Positions 11,770 through 23,084 of a stretch of 64,000 bases of DNA are shown piece by piece. Numbering within the stretch: the stretch's first letter is position 1; every line of letters starts with the position of its first letter. The translations under genes and the position numbers were made by a program. The notes under the pieces were generated by a model. That model was given only the letters and a program-made list of their open reading frames with translations. It was not told the origin of the DNA and did no database searches. Source of the stretch: Neoechinorhynchus agilis (Eukaryota > Animalia > Acanthocephala); NCBI GenBank assembly GCA_051530055.1, contig CM121341.1:16284784-16348783 (forward strand). The letters run 5' to 3'.

Positions 11770-12026
11770 GTTATCGAAAGCTTTCGATCATTGTCCTCGG
11801 GGTGAATTTGATTGTGCGTTGGCGAATCCTGCCCCCGGTGCTTTCGTTACTCATTTATATTCGAAATATTTCACAAGGTTTTCCTTGCCTCTTCAGTCGA
11901 TATTGTCAGTAAGTTTTACTCGACTGAAGAGGCAAGGAAAACCTTGTGAAATATTTCGAATATAAATGAGTAACGAAAGCACCGGGGGCAGGATTCGCCA
12001 ACGCACAAGTTATCGAAAGCTTTCGA
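11770..12026. mobile_element. Palindromic double-hammerhead pLTR-like element B with 18-bp TSD
   Basis: Perfect 89-bp inverted arms 11812-11900 and 11920-12008 around a 19-nt spacer; direct repeat GTTATCGAAAGCTTTCGA at 11770-11787 and 12009-12026. Confidence 0.9.
11920..11959 (+). ncRNA. Minimal type I hammerhead ribozyme motif (exact inverted copy at 11861-11900 on the minus strand)
   Basis: TCGA-CTGAAGA-G-GCAAGG-AAAA-CCTTGT-GAAA-TAT-T-TCGA: stem I TCGA/TCGA, 6-bp stem II, loop-less palindromic stem III, predicted cleavage after AUU, one extra core nucleotide. Confidence 0.7.
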
Positions 12027-12091
12027 AATATCAAAAGATATTAAAATATTCGTTGCTTTCATATTTAAATTAAAGTTAGCTATAATTTCAG

Positions 12092-15000
12092 TCATTGCCG
12101 TATGTACATGAGGTCTCTGTGCGCAGAGATGACAAAAGTTATGTCATCCGCGTAACAGGTGATAGAAGCAGCACGAATTTTGAAATTTTTAACGATATAC
12201 TGGGAGGCAAGTAGAAACAGGATCGGGGAAAGTGGTGAACCTTGTGGGACACCCGTGAGCCGGTAATAAATCGATTTCGATGCGTCAATCTCGTAAAAGA
12301 AAGATTTGGTAAATAGAATATTGTGAATTCGGGAGACCAAATTATGAGGAACGCTAAATAAATCCAGTATCTCGATAATAAAAGACAAAGATATCTTGTC
12401 GAACGCCTGAGATAGGTCAACAGCCACTATGGCTTTCAAAGGTAGATTGGAGTTAGAAAAACTAGCGTATATATTAGTTAGAGCAGAGTGTACAAATTTC
12501 CCCTTTTGAAAGCCGTGGCAATTGGCCGATATGCAGCTATGCTTTGTTATGAAGGCTCTCAAGCGATGCGCTATGGCTCGTTCGTAAGTGGTTACAAAGG
12601 GGTTCTGTAGAGAAATTGGGCGGAGATCCTAAGGCTGAGAGACCGACTTTTTCCCATTTTTAATAAGAAAAATACGCCGTACCACATTAATCTCTCTCCA
12701 AGCATAAGGAGAGCAACTCAGCATTAATTCGGCCAAAATGACGATGCAGTCATGCGGAAGTAAAGTAAAGATTTTGGTGCCTGAGCTCAAACTGCGCATA
12801 AAAGACTCGACAGGCAAGGTCAAAGAATTATTGGAAAGGAGCGAGGAAAAGAATAGTTTTAGATCTCTGAGTAAACGAATTGAGCGGGTTTTAAAGATCA
12901 ACTTTGTTTTTGATAAATTGAGAGAGAGGTTCATGCGAGGTAGCATAGTGTTAAGATAGTCTATTGACTGTTCAATTAAAAGTTTTAAGCTGGCGACCCT
13001 ATACGATTTCATCACAAAGGCGATATCATCAGCATAACAGATCAAAGCAGCATTATAAGGAAAATTTTGTACAATATATTGAGAAGCCAGGAGGAATAAA
13101 GAAGGAGAGAGCGGCGATCCCTGTGGGACACCATTAAGAGGGTAAGATAAGGTTTTTCCAGCATCATCGTCGTAATAAAAAGCCTTTGAAAAAAGTGTAT
13201 TATGAATCCTGGCAATGAGATTATGAGGAGCACTGAAAGATTCTAACATCTCGATAATGAAGCTCAAGGAGATTTTGTCAAAGGCCTGAGGCAGGTCCAC
13301 TGCTAGAGTAAATGTCAGCCAGCGCTGAGTGAGTAGATTTACCTTTAAAAAAGCCATGGCAATTACGGGAAATGCAGTTCGGTTCCCTGATAAAAAGATT
13401 TAGTTTATGCGTTTGAGCCCGCTCATAGATGGTGACCAAAGGATTTTGCAGGGAGATCGGCCGAAGGTCTTTGGGAGCCTTAACTAACTTTCTCCCATTT
13501 TTAACCAAGAATATGCGCCTCGAAATGTTGATATCTCTCCAGGCAGAAGGGGAGCACTTCAACATCAGACTCGCTATAAGGAGGACGCAATCCCGAGAAA
13601 GCAGAGAGGTGCATTTCGTCCATGAGGTGCTGTTGGATGAGGACAATTTTGGATATAGGGACAAATTTCGGCAATATGAGATTGATTTAAATCATATCGA
13701 TTACGAATTAGTCTCCTAAAAATGACTGGCGGTGTGATGTTTTTAGAGGAAGAGGAGGCATGAAAATTAAAGATAGACGAGAGTATATGATCCATAGAGG
13801 ATGTTTTCAACCAAGAGGTGAGCTTCGATCTCCAACTGATAAACTTCTTCCTAGAAACCGTATTCCACCACGTCGAGGAGAATGGCTGTAAAGACTTTAG
13901 TATAGCGCGGTCAGATGCCAATTGCTGTCGACATCGGGCAGCCCAATAATGTCTAGAGCGCACTTTGACAAGAAGAGCATCTCCACGAATTTTGGCTTGA
14001 TATAATTGACACCCAATAAATCGAAAAGATCTGCTTTCATAAGGCCTAGAAAAAACCCTTTGTGGCTGGTAGAGAAACAGATAAGCTGTGGTATTGATAA
14101 TACTGTTAATATGACTGAGGGCGTAATTTAGATTGTTGTCTAAAACAGAGCGATGAGAGAGAAGTGAGTAATTAACCGATCTGAACAGAGCGATGTTCAG
14201 AGGAGACAAATGAAGGACTCTCCTAAGTGTATTGTTGGAGCCGATTGACCATATTAAGACGAAGGTTGGGTTATTGACTAAAGATGTGACCTGAGCAGAC
14301 GAAGCTGAAGCCGAGCTTGAGGAGCCTGGATAGAATGACTTGCGGGCCGGAGAATTAGAGGGATTATTACCCTATTTTTGAACCACGCCCAGTATCTCTT
14401 GAACTCTGGGCAACCTTTGAAGAAAGCAGCGTGCGGTCCCTGACAATTGGCGCAATGCCTCTTAAGTGGGTCGGGACAGCAATCTGAGGTGTGTTCGACG
14501 CAAGAGCAGTGACAACATTTGGCATTCGTCTGATTTGTGTAATTTTGGCACCAGTGTCCCCATTGCTGGCATATATTGCAGCGAGGAAAACATAATCATC
14601 TTGCTCACTGAATGATTTCAGTGTGAAGTGGATCGAGAAGCAGTTGAAGGCCCGAGGTCTGCTGGTGCAGAGGTCCTCACGCTGATGTCTCATACCCTCA
14701 ACCGCTGCAATAGATATTGGAAGTCCAGATTTTCTTGATTTGATGAAGTATTTAATTGTGCAGCCGAATGATGATTCGAAAAGATCCCTATCCTCATTGC
14801 ACATGTCCGGTTGGAGTCCATGAACAAGAAATTGGACCTTTTGCGAGGTTGCAGAGACCGTGTAGAGATTATTAGGAAGGTTGGAGTTGGCGAATTCGAC
14901 AAGATTGGACATCCATTCATATTTGCTGACATAAATCCGCATGGTGCCGGCGAAATAAGTTAGTTTATCCACTCGCTTTATGCCATCGTTATTGAGTGTG

Positions 15001-15524
15001 TGAGTCCAAGGAGCTATGAGAGTATCGTACATGACTTGTTTTGGAAGAATGGGGTTTGACTTGACGGTGACCACAAAAGGCCATACTTTGGAAGGAAGGG
15101 CTTGATAATGTTCTGAGAAGACATTTGAATATGTTTTTGTTTGGAAATGGGAGATCATTTGATCTCGCTGCTCGGTCGGGCCCGACCCCCCGCATTTATT
15201 GGGAGAGTCAGAGATCACTGTTTCATCAACGCCCGTTGACGGAAGATCAATGGAATCGCCGATGATTTGTCTCCGATTGTCGGGAGGCACAGTAATCCTT
15301 AAAGAATTGGGTGGCCGTTTGCCACCCTCTGCCATCAACGTCGAAAACCGCATAGAACAACCATAAAAGTCCACGATATCAATGTGTTTGCAAACAAAAT
15401 CGATTTGTGCCACAATGTACAATAAGGTGCGTTTAAAACAATTTGGTTTTGGCCGAAAATCTAAATTTTTGTTTTTTACACTTACAGCTCCGTTTTCCTT
15501 TATGCAGATGAAACGCCAACACAA
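12092..15524 (-). mobile_element. I/Jockey-like LINE: gag ORF1 with three CCHC knuckles; ORF2 without APE and with two tandem RT domains; frameshifted
   Basis: A shifted ORF1 frame gives CNICQQWGHWC, CCHCSCVEHTSDCC and CANCQGPHAAFFKGCP. ORF2 has LRPISLQN, HGF..GKS, DL.QAFDK, GVPQGSPLSP and YADDI motifs twice. Confidence 0.85.
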
Positions 15525-15853
15525 TGTGGACTCTCTTTTTGTTCAAAATAAAATTAAGCAAATATCCAAGGCGGAAGCCTTCTTCACAATACGAACGTTC
15601 GAAATGGGAGATACTGTGCACAATTTCGGTGCTAGATTACGCCGTTCATTGAGCGCTCCAGCCAGACTAAACAAGAAAAACTTTACATGTGAAGAGATGG
15701 TAGTTAAAGAAGAAAACGATTTAATGGACAAGATAAAGAAGGCAAATTTGACTCGTGCTAGAAATGAGGGTCTGAGGACGGCTTTTCATGCGATAGTTCT
15801 TCATCCGCAGAGATATTAGACATTCAAATAAAAGTAGATTTACTTGAACACAG

Positions 15854-16409
15854 TTAGCTCTCTTTGTAGTTCATGATTTGCTTGAATTCTGTGTTTCGTC
15901 AGTCATCAATTCTATGCCAAAATAAACGAACGAACTTACCTTCAAAGCTTATTTTGACTTCACCGCCGTTAGATTTCAAACACTTTATGAAATCCTCACT
16001 TGTGGCATTCAGCCCTAAGGCTGACAAAGTTTCATCTAATTCCTGAGGACTAATATATCCATCACCGTTATGGTCAAAGCGATTAAACATCGCTCGAAGC
16101 TGACTGTCACTGTTTTCTTTGAAGTACCGAACCCCCATATAATCCCGAAATTCATCGAAGTTTATCATGCTATCACCGTCACGATCGCAGCTAGCAATCA
16201 CGTTCCTTACATCAGACATCGTGGCTTTTATTGACAGGGCTTTGAACATTTGGAGCATTTCGTCAGGTGCGATGAGACCGTCGTGGTCGAGGTCGAATAG
16301 TCGAAAAACGTCTCGCAATTCTATGAGGATGGTTTGATGAAATCGAATTAATAATATTCTTACCATTAATTTCCTCGTCGGACCATATCTTGGGTCTTGG
16401 AGGAAACTC
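15854..16409 (-). CDS. Calmodulin-like protein with 4 EF-hands; exons 16409-16364, 16320-15940, 15888-15854; 5' exon not located
   Basis: EF loops DLDHDGLIAPDE, DRDGDSMINFDE and DHNGDGYISPQE. GT-AG introns 16363-16321 (43 nt) and 15939-15889 (51 nt) restore WSDEEINELRDVF and ISFEEFKQIMNYKES*. Confidence 0.85.
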
Positions 16410-17599
16410 TGTCTAAACGTTTTATTTTAAGTTAGAATTAAGTTTGTCGGTAATAGCGAGCTATCGAATCGTAAAATTTGACGTGTTGTTTAAGCGTTCA
16501 CCCGCTCAAAAAGTCGTTTGTTAAAATTCTTTAACTGCTAACGAATATACATTTGGATTATGTTTATGTCTTGTGGAAAAGAATGGTTTTTAATCTTATA
16601 AACTATTATTTTGATCGGTTTGCGAAGGGGTCCGTTATGCATGACGAAGAACCCTCCATAAGCATGTCAAAACATTGTCTTCAATTCATTTTTAAAGTTT
16701 AATGCTCTAATCAGTGGAAATCATGTGGCAATTAATTTTGTTTTACACTTCGTTTTAAATATCCGAGTTCTCTTCACTTACAACGAGTGCATGGAGCGGT
16801 CGACGACTAAGTTTGTGCTTCGCAGACCTTTTAAATTCATCCATTTTCAAGGACAATTTATTCGAATTCCGTTTCAATTTCTCTTCATATTTTTCCCGGA
16901 AACTCATATTTTTAAACAGAAGTATGATTAAGTCTTTGCACTTCGTTTTGTGCGAAAGGGACTCACTGTCAACGGTGACTCATACGCTCAAATTTTTTAA
17001 CAGTGGTGATTGCCGTTCAGATGAATACCTACCCATCGTGGCGAAACCATTTCACTCTACCTAACGTTTCTCAGTTGTTCCTGCGACTGCAAGGAGCAGT
17101 ATAATGAGCCAGTTATAGTGCTGAAATGTATTGTTTAGACATTTCAATGCCATATATTGTGCGATGGCTCTATTCGACAGCAATAACTTCGGGACAAAAA
17201 CGAGCATTTATAATTTGGCGTATCATCAATTTTATGTTATTTACGACTGCGTTCAGGGGAGATAGCTATTTCTTGTTTGAGCGAATTATAATCAAGTCAC
17301 GTAACTTGCAGCGTTTTAGGTGTAAAAATATTTTAAGTTAGGAATTTAAAAGTTAAACCACGAAACATGATTGATTCTTTAATCAATTAATAAGCGACGT
17401 AAACGTAGCTTAATAAGTAGTTGAAGGCAAGCACCATAAGCGTGCTTAAAAGCCTTACATATTATGAATACTCATTCACCTAGTGCTTAAATCTGTACGC
17501 CAGAATGATCACTTCAGAAAATCAGAATAATCACCTTAAGGCAGTTGCAATGTGTAAAAGTTTGTTTTTGTTAAAATGTGGAATGGGACCTCAAACCTT

Positions 17600-18350
17600 T
17601 CACCTCTCACTATAAACTTTTATTGTATGCCGACGATCTCATCCTCATCACCTAACCTCTTCCTCTCCTTAAGCTTTAACGAAATCACACATATAAAAGA
17701 TTTCTGCAACAATCAAAAACTCTACGTGATTCTCTGTAAATGTTTCGAAATGATCCCCTCTCTTCCGCAACCCCACATACTACCCCGAGCTTCTAAATGA
17801 CATCCTACGAGTAACCTCCCTAAGAATTCTGGGTCTCCAATTTCAATAAAACTTGAAATGGGACTCGCACATCACTTTCTCCCTCAAGCTCAAACATCTC
17901 CGATATTTAGGAATCCCTTCACCCGATCTCTACAAATTTTACTTTCGCTTTATTTTATCCTCCATGATCTACGGTTATCCCGTCTTTCGCAACCTATCCA
18001 AATCTACGAGTACAACATTCGTAATCCTAATTCGTTTCATCCTCCTATACCTCGCACCTCCCTATATCTACGCTCCTTTTTTCATACCACCCAATCTTCT
18101 CGGATATCATAATCTGAAATGAATCTGAGGAAAGACCAACCTTACAAGCGCTCCTGCAAACAATATCCGCCATTTCCCACCAGGACGGACATATCAAGAC
18201 CTGATATTCCCACCCGAACATACATGCCCGACCGGAAATTCCCACTCGAACGGGCATCCCAAGACCGGACATTCCCACTCGAACGGGCATTCCAAAAAAA
18301 ACGGAATAATTCTGTGTTTATGAGGACCCAAAGGTATATGATTCTGATCT
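17600..18350 (+). mobile_element. CR1/L2-like LINE 3' fragment with ~30-bp imperfect tandem repeats in the 3' UTR
   Basis: YADDL-like motif, KWDSHI...LK.LR.LG, shared 3' end (AAATGAATCTGAGGAAAG) with 37385; repeats such as ATTCCCACTCGAACGGGCAT at 18180-18295. Confidence 0.7.
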
Positions 18351-18771
18351 ATTAAACACAAAAATTAATAAAACGTGTTACTATTATTATCTACTTCGTC
18401 CCAATAATTGCTATTAACTAACCATTTTTTCTGTGGTTAAGTGTTTTATATTTTTAAAGTTAACAGCAGAGAATTGCGAGATATCGGCCGTTTTGTCCTT
18501 TTGCATAAATCAATTTTTCCTATTGTAATTTCGCTTTAACTCTTTTAAACTACGAAAACTCCGTTTGTTATTCGAAACCATTCCTACCTTTTGCAGTGCA
18601 CATCCAGGAAACAAATGAAACGATTCGCTTATGCCACAGAAACTGAACCTTATAGTCAGAGTATTTGATCTACAAAGATTGTCGGCTGTTAGATTTTTAT
18701 GTAGTTACTTTTCTTAATTGCTAAATATATCATTCGCATTTCACTCAAGCCGATGCTTTTAGTTTCCTCGG

Positions 18772-18932
18772 ATATATTGGAAATTCATCTATAGAAAATC
18801 CTTCGGGTTAGTCAAAGTATAATTTTGGTGAAAATACTCCCGGTAATAGCATATTTGATTCCTCGCGAAATATCTCCAATAAATCAAATATGCTATTACC
18901 GAGAGTATTTTCACCAAAATTATATATTGGAA
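18772..18932. mobile_element. Palindromic pLTR-like element C with 11-bp TSD and a 3' half-hammerhead
   Basis: Inverted arms 18818-18860 and 18882-18924; direct repeat ATATATTGGAA at 18772-18782 and 18922-18932; centre GC-GAAA-TAT-C-TCC-AATAAA. Confidence 0.65.
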
Positions 18933-20925
18933 CTTGTATGAACAAAGTAGCATACACCTTTCGCCAGAAAGTAGGGGCGAATAAAGTTTAATAACACCTA
19001 TAAAGGTGTTTATTTGTTAATGTCATGCATGTCGTCGATAGATTATATCAAGTAGAATTCGCTTTAATCATTGGAAACACAACAGTTTCATTGGACGTGT
19101 TGGTAACTATGAAAGGGACTAAATATTTGATCCGTTGTCGCATGTCAAAATATACAATTATATACATCCAATGAGTTTTGAGAACAGTCCTATTTTTGTC
19201 TGAGATGGACATACAAAGTCCACGATTAAGTTTTTTGTTGTACTAAAAATATATCTTTACACAGAGATCGATGTCCGCATTTACCTCAAGAGTGCCCTGT
19301 GCTCTTGAACGTAAACTTTTAAACAATCGTTCATAACTGAAACGCGTAAGATAATCACATATGAACAGATACTTAATATATAACTGGCGTGCTGCCAGTA
19401 TTTTTTAACTTGTGCAAGAAGATGGTTACATTCTTGATAAATAAATATTCACTTTAGATGAACCTGCTTAAAATAATGCTTTTTGTTTTCCGCTAAGATA
19501 TCCAATATCAGTTCCGTATATTCTTCAAACTTATCATTCGTCATTATTCCTACTCTTGTCTTACGCTGTACTTGATTTGTTGTCAATCAAAGCTAATTCC
19601 CCGAAATAACCACTTTTTTATCATTACTTTACAGTTTTTACACGTCCGTTTAACTCCATCTCAATTCCCGCAAAATACATGCAATCCGCATTCTCTCCTT
19701 GCTTGATAATACAAGAGTAAGTAAAATTTGCTACGGAATAGAATGCAATGCATTGTGGTATAAATTAGACGGTGGAATTTTATCCGATTCTATTTAAATG
19801 ACTGCAAGAACTGTTCTGATATCGCGACAACATTATTTCATTGCGATGATTGATCGGCATTCTAACTAACTTAACACAAATTGTATAAAATTGGAATCAC
19901 AGAATCAATTTTAACCACACGCGCAACTGTAGAAACTTTGATTGGTTCAAGCAATTCCAAAATCACAGTCATATGTTTTAGTTTGAACAGCCAGTCGCTC
20001 TCATGTTATTTTTAAACTGGGATTCTGTATACTCTACTATGAAAATGTTGAATTCACTTGACTAGAAACAAAAAATCATTAGATTGAGCTAATCAAAGAC
20101 GCATTTTCAATGTAATTAAAAGCGCGGAGCTGAGCAACTGTAAGTAACTTCGCTCGTTAAAGAGACATTTGAAACGAGGGGCGAAAAACGTTGATATTAA
20201 AAACAATCTAGTAAAGTCTTAATGTATAAACATGCCTTAGACGTGACACCACGGGAATAAATTTTAAAACTCTATTTGCGGTACAGTTCTATTTTCAGGT
20301 TAACCAATGAGAAACTGGCAGTGTCTATATGGTTTAATCATCGAGCGCCGTTAGACTATTGGATTGAATTTATCTATTTATGAGCTTTAGTGAAAAGGTG
20401 AATTTGTTTAGGAAAGGGGGACATTGCTCAGTCTCAGGGAATGTGAAAGTGAACTTGGATCTTTGCTAGAGTGGCCGGACTATTGAGTAGAAAACCGTGC
20501 CAGAAGCTGCCCATTTGTTGCAGATTGTTTTGGTCGCTTTGATGGAGTTGATTGCCAAGCCCACCTAAGACAGAACAGAAATGAGCTACGTTAGCAAAAC
20601 ATATAGTTTTTCTTGGTAACCACATAGTTCGCTTCTTTAATACTGCGGTTAGGTGTTCCGCCTAATGCGTTATACTGTGATGCTAAAAAAACCCATTCTC
20701 GAAAGAGCCTTAAGGAACCCTTAATGTTTGGCAGTGAATAGAGTAAAACAAAATTGATTGGATCTCCGAGTATTATTTACGCCGGCGATGATGTTATAGG
20801 GGAAGTTATAAAAATTTAAGATCTTGACAACGAAGTCCATGTCAATATAGTCAAATGCACACAGCCCGCCGATATGGGTTAAGGAAACGCATAAAATCAC
20901 TTAATACCTTGAACTTTACGGTCAC

Positions 20926-21118
20926 GAGTTTGTGCATCCCGCCAGATTCCCAGATACCTTCAGTAGGCGGGACTCCGCTGAGCTCCGAATCCCTGCTTCA
21001 GAGTTAAAGGGTTCGAATCCGTTACAGCTGATGACGCACCAACAAAATGGAAAGGAAACTCGCTGATTAGTCCCGCCTCTTGGAGGTATATGAGAATCCG
21101 GATTAATGTTCAAAACTC
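20926..21118. mobile_element. Family 2 SINE-like element, head-to-head inverted pair
   Basis: Arms GAGTTTGTGCATCCC...GGGACTC and GTCCCGCC...AAAACTC are inverted; the central GGGTTCGAATCCGTTAC B-box is shared with the 598-829 copy. Confidence 0.55.
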
Positions 21119-21189
21119 ATAATCGTATGGTTCAGGGTATTAAGTTATTTTATGCGCTTCCTCAAACCCCTCACATTAACACAGAATAA

Positions 21190-21580
21190 ATGTAACCGGC
21201 TAGCCAGACTTAAGGATAAAAATAATCAAATGCCTTTGATATATAGAACACAGTCAAAACATTTACTGATTTCTGGTTATTTTTAAAATTAGAAATTATA
21301 TCAGTGATTTTTTTATTTTTTTTATTTACCAATTTATTTGGCAAGAAACCACGGTATATAAAGTCTTTGTAATTATGATCCAGAGAAAGTTGTAAAATGG
21401 CTTTTGTTAATCTGAATCGAAATGACCTGCACATATCTCTCAGAAGCGAATTTCCTCCCTTTCTTTTTCACAAGGAAAATGCGCTTCAAAATTTTTCTAC
21501 GTGATAATTCGTTAGGAGAAGCGGATAGCCTTAGCCCTTCAGAGATATTTGAGAAATAGATTGTCGTTTGAGACCGCCAC
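21190..21580 (-). mobile_element. Decayed RT fragment related to the 12-15 kb LINE
   Basis: KILKRIFLVKKKGRK, YRGFLPNK and VFYISKAFD motifs. Confidence 0.55.
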
Positions 21581-21736
21581 AACGTTGGGTTGCGAATGCA
21601 TACGCGTTCATTTTTATATCGAGTTCTACTTAATAATCACTTGTGGGCAGATATTTGTTTTGTTGAGCTAAACTACATAAAAGTAGAATTTAAAGTACCA
21701 ACTTAATAGTTTTCCAAATGTGTACTTATATGGGTG

Positions 21737-22078
21737 TAGATCATCCCTTACTCAGCTTTTTTCCTTTAGGCATACAGCCGCATCAATATCTTGCATCAGA
21801 GAAGTGATTGAATTACTTAATATCCTAAAACTATGCAGTAAAGAGTTTGTACATCCCTCCGGATTCTCATATACTTCCAGGAAACGGGTCTCATCAGTGA
21901 GTTTCCTCCGGGGACGAAATACCGCTGAAAGGAAGAAACTCATTGATGAGTCCAGCCTCCTGGAGGTATCTGAGAATCCCGAGGGACGTACAAACTCATT
22001 ACCGTATGCATCAGAGTCAAAGTGATTCAATCACTTCTTTGATGCAAGATAGGAAAAAGCCGAGTAAGAGATGATTTA
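21737..22078. mobile_element. Family 2 SINE-like element, head-to-head inverted pair (~340 bp)
   Basis: Ends TAGATCATCCCTTACTCAGCTTTTTCCT and AGGAAAAAGCCGAGTAAGAGATGATTTA are inverted; internal arms are homologous to 598-829. Confidence 0.7.
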
Positions 22079-22517
22079 AACAGATAATTAAAAAAAGCTT
22101 GCCAGGAGGTATGAAAAGAGTGCACTCATATGTTAGGTTTACTTCATTGTGAAAAAACAACCACCTTTTGGTGTGCAAAATATTGTTCTTCTAAGAAATA
22201 TAATAAAAAGATTCTGGCGAGAAAGAACTAATTACTTCCTTTCGGCAGTTATAGCACCACGGATTTAAATTGACATAAATTTGTTTATGGATGGAATTGT
22301 CCATGTTTTACATGGGGAAAAAATTGAAATAACATATTGAATCTGATATTTCGGCACAATGCAGCATCCGTCATATAAAAACCCTAATTAATTTCCAATA
22401 TATTGTCGGATCATGTCGGAAATACTTGATCAAAAATCGGAAATAAATTAGTAAATTTAAACCCGTGTAGTCAAAATTACCAAAAACATGTTGTCCATAG
22501 TTTATTTTGAAAAGGGC

Positions 22518-22681
22518 GAGATAAAAGCAATTCAATTTTATTTAATATTTCGTCCTTTACGTGAGACTTCTTCAGAATTGTTTCTCGCGTGACATTTAAG
22601 TAACAATCAAACATTAAAAATAATTCTGAGAGGCTCACATAGAGGACGAAATATTAAATAAGATTGAATTACTTTTATCTC
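22518..22681. mobile_element. Palindromic double-hammerhead pLTR-like element D
   Basis: Inverted arms 22518-22579 and 22622-22681; the minus arm reads AATT-CTGAAGA-A-GTCT..AGGAC-GAAA-TAT-T-AAAT; the plus arm is a degenerate copy. Confidence 0.7.
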
Positions 22682-22781
22682 GACCTCATCAAAACAAAAA
22701 ATATGTAAATAACGCGTATACGGAAGAATTTTTCGAAGATGCATAATACGTCAGTCTTCGAAATTCTTTACTGAATGGACG

Positions 22782-23084
22782 ATGGTTTGTAAAAAATGCA
22801 CAAAGAAGCTCGGAAAAGTTATCACTCCGGATCCGTGGAAATTGGGGGCGCGTAACACAACGGAAAGTGGTGGTCGAATAATAGGTGAAAACAAATTGGT
22901 AACTCAGCGTCAAGCTCGTTTTAATCCGTATACAAGGGAGTTTCCGCGATGTAAGTTATGCCGATCAGTGATTCACCAAGTCGGCTCAAAGTACTGTCAC
23001 GCTTGTGCATTCAAACGTGGAATATGTTCAATGTGTGGATCAAAGTTGTACGATACCAGTCGATACCAGCAGAATTCGGCTTAA
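22782..23084 (+). CDS. CRIPT: Cysteine-rich PDZ-binding protein CRIPT, intronless, 100 aa
   Basis: MVCKKCTKKLGKVITPDPWK.GARNTTESGGR...ENK...RFNPY...C..C...HQ.GS.YC..CAFKRGICSMCG. Confidence 0.95.
   Translation: MVCKKCTKKLGKVITPDPWKLGARNTTESGGRIIGENKLVTQRQARFNPYTREFPRCKLCRSVIHQVGSKYCHACAFKRGICSMCGSKLYDTSRYQQNSA

Noticed and set aside
15382-15819. 145-aa plus-strand ORF
   Set aside because: Its 5' third overlaps the LINE ORF1 antisense and no motif is recognised. A small real gene from ~15503 cannot be excluded.
19050-19300. Academ-like transposase relic (LNRGLCMS on the minus strand)
   Set aside because: Single short motif in a frameshifted AT-rich region; too weak to call.
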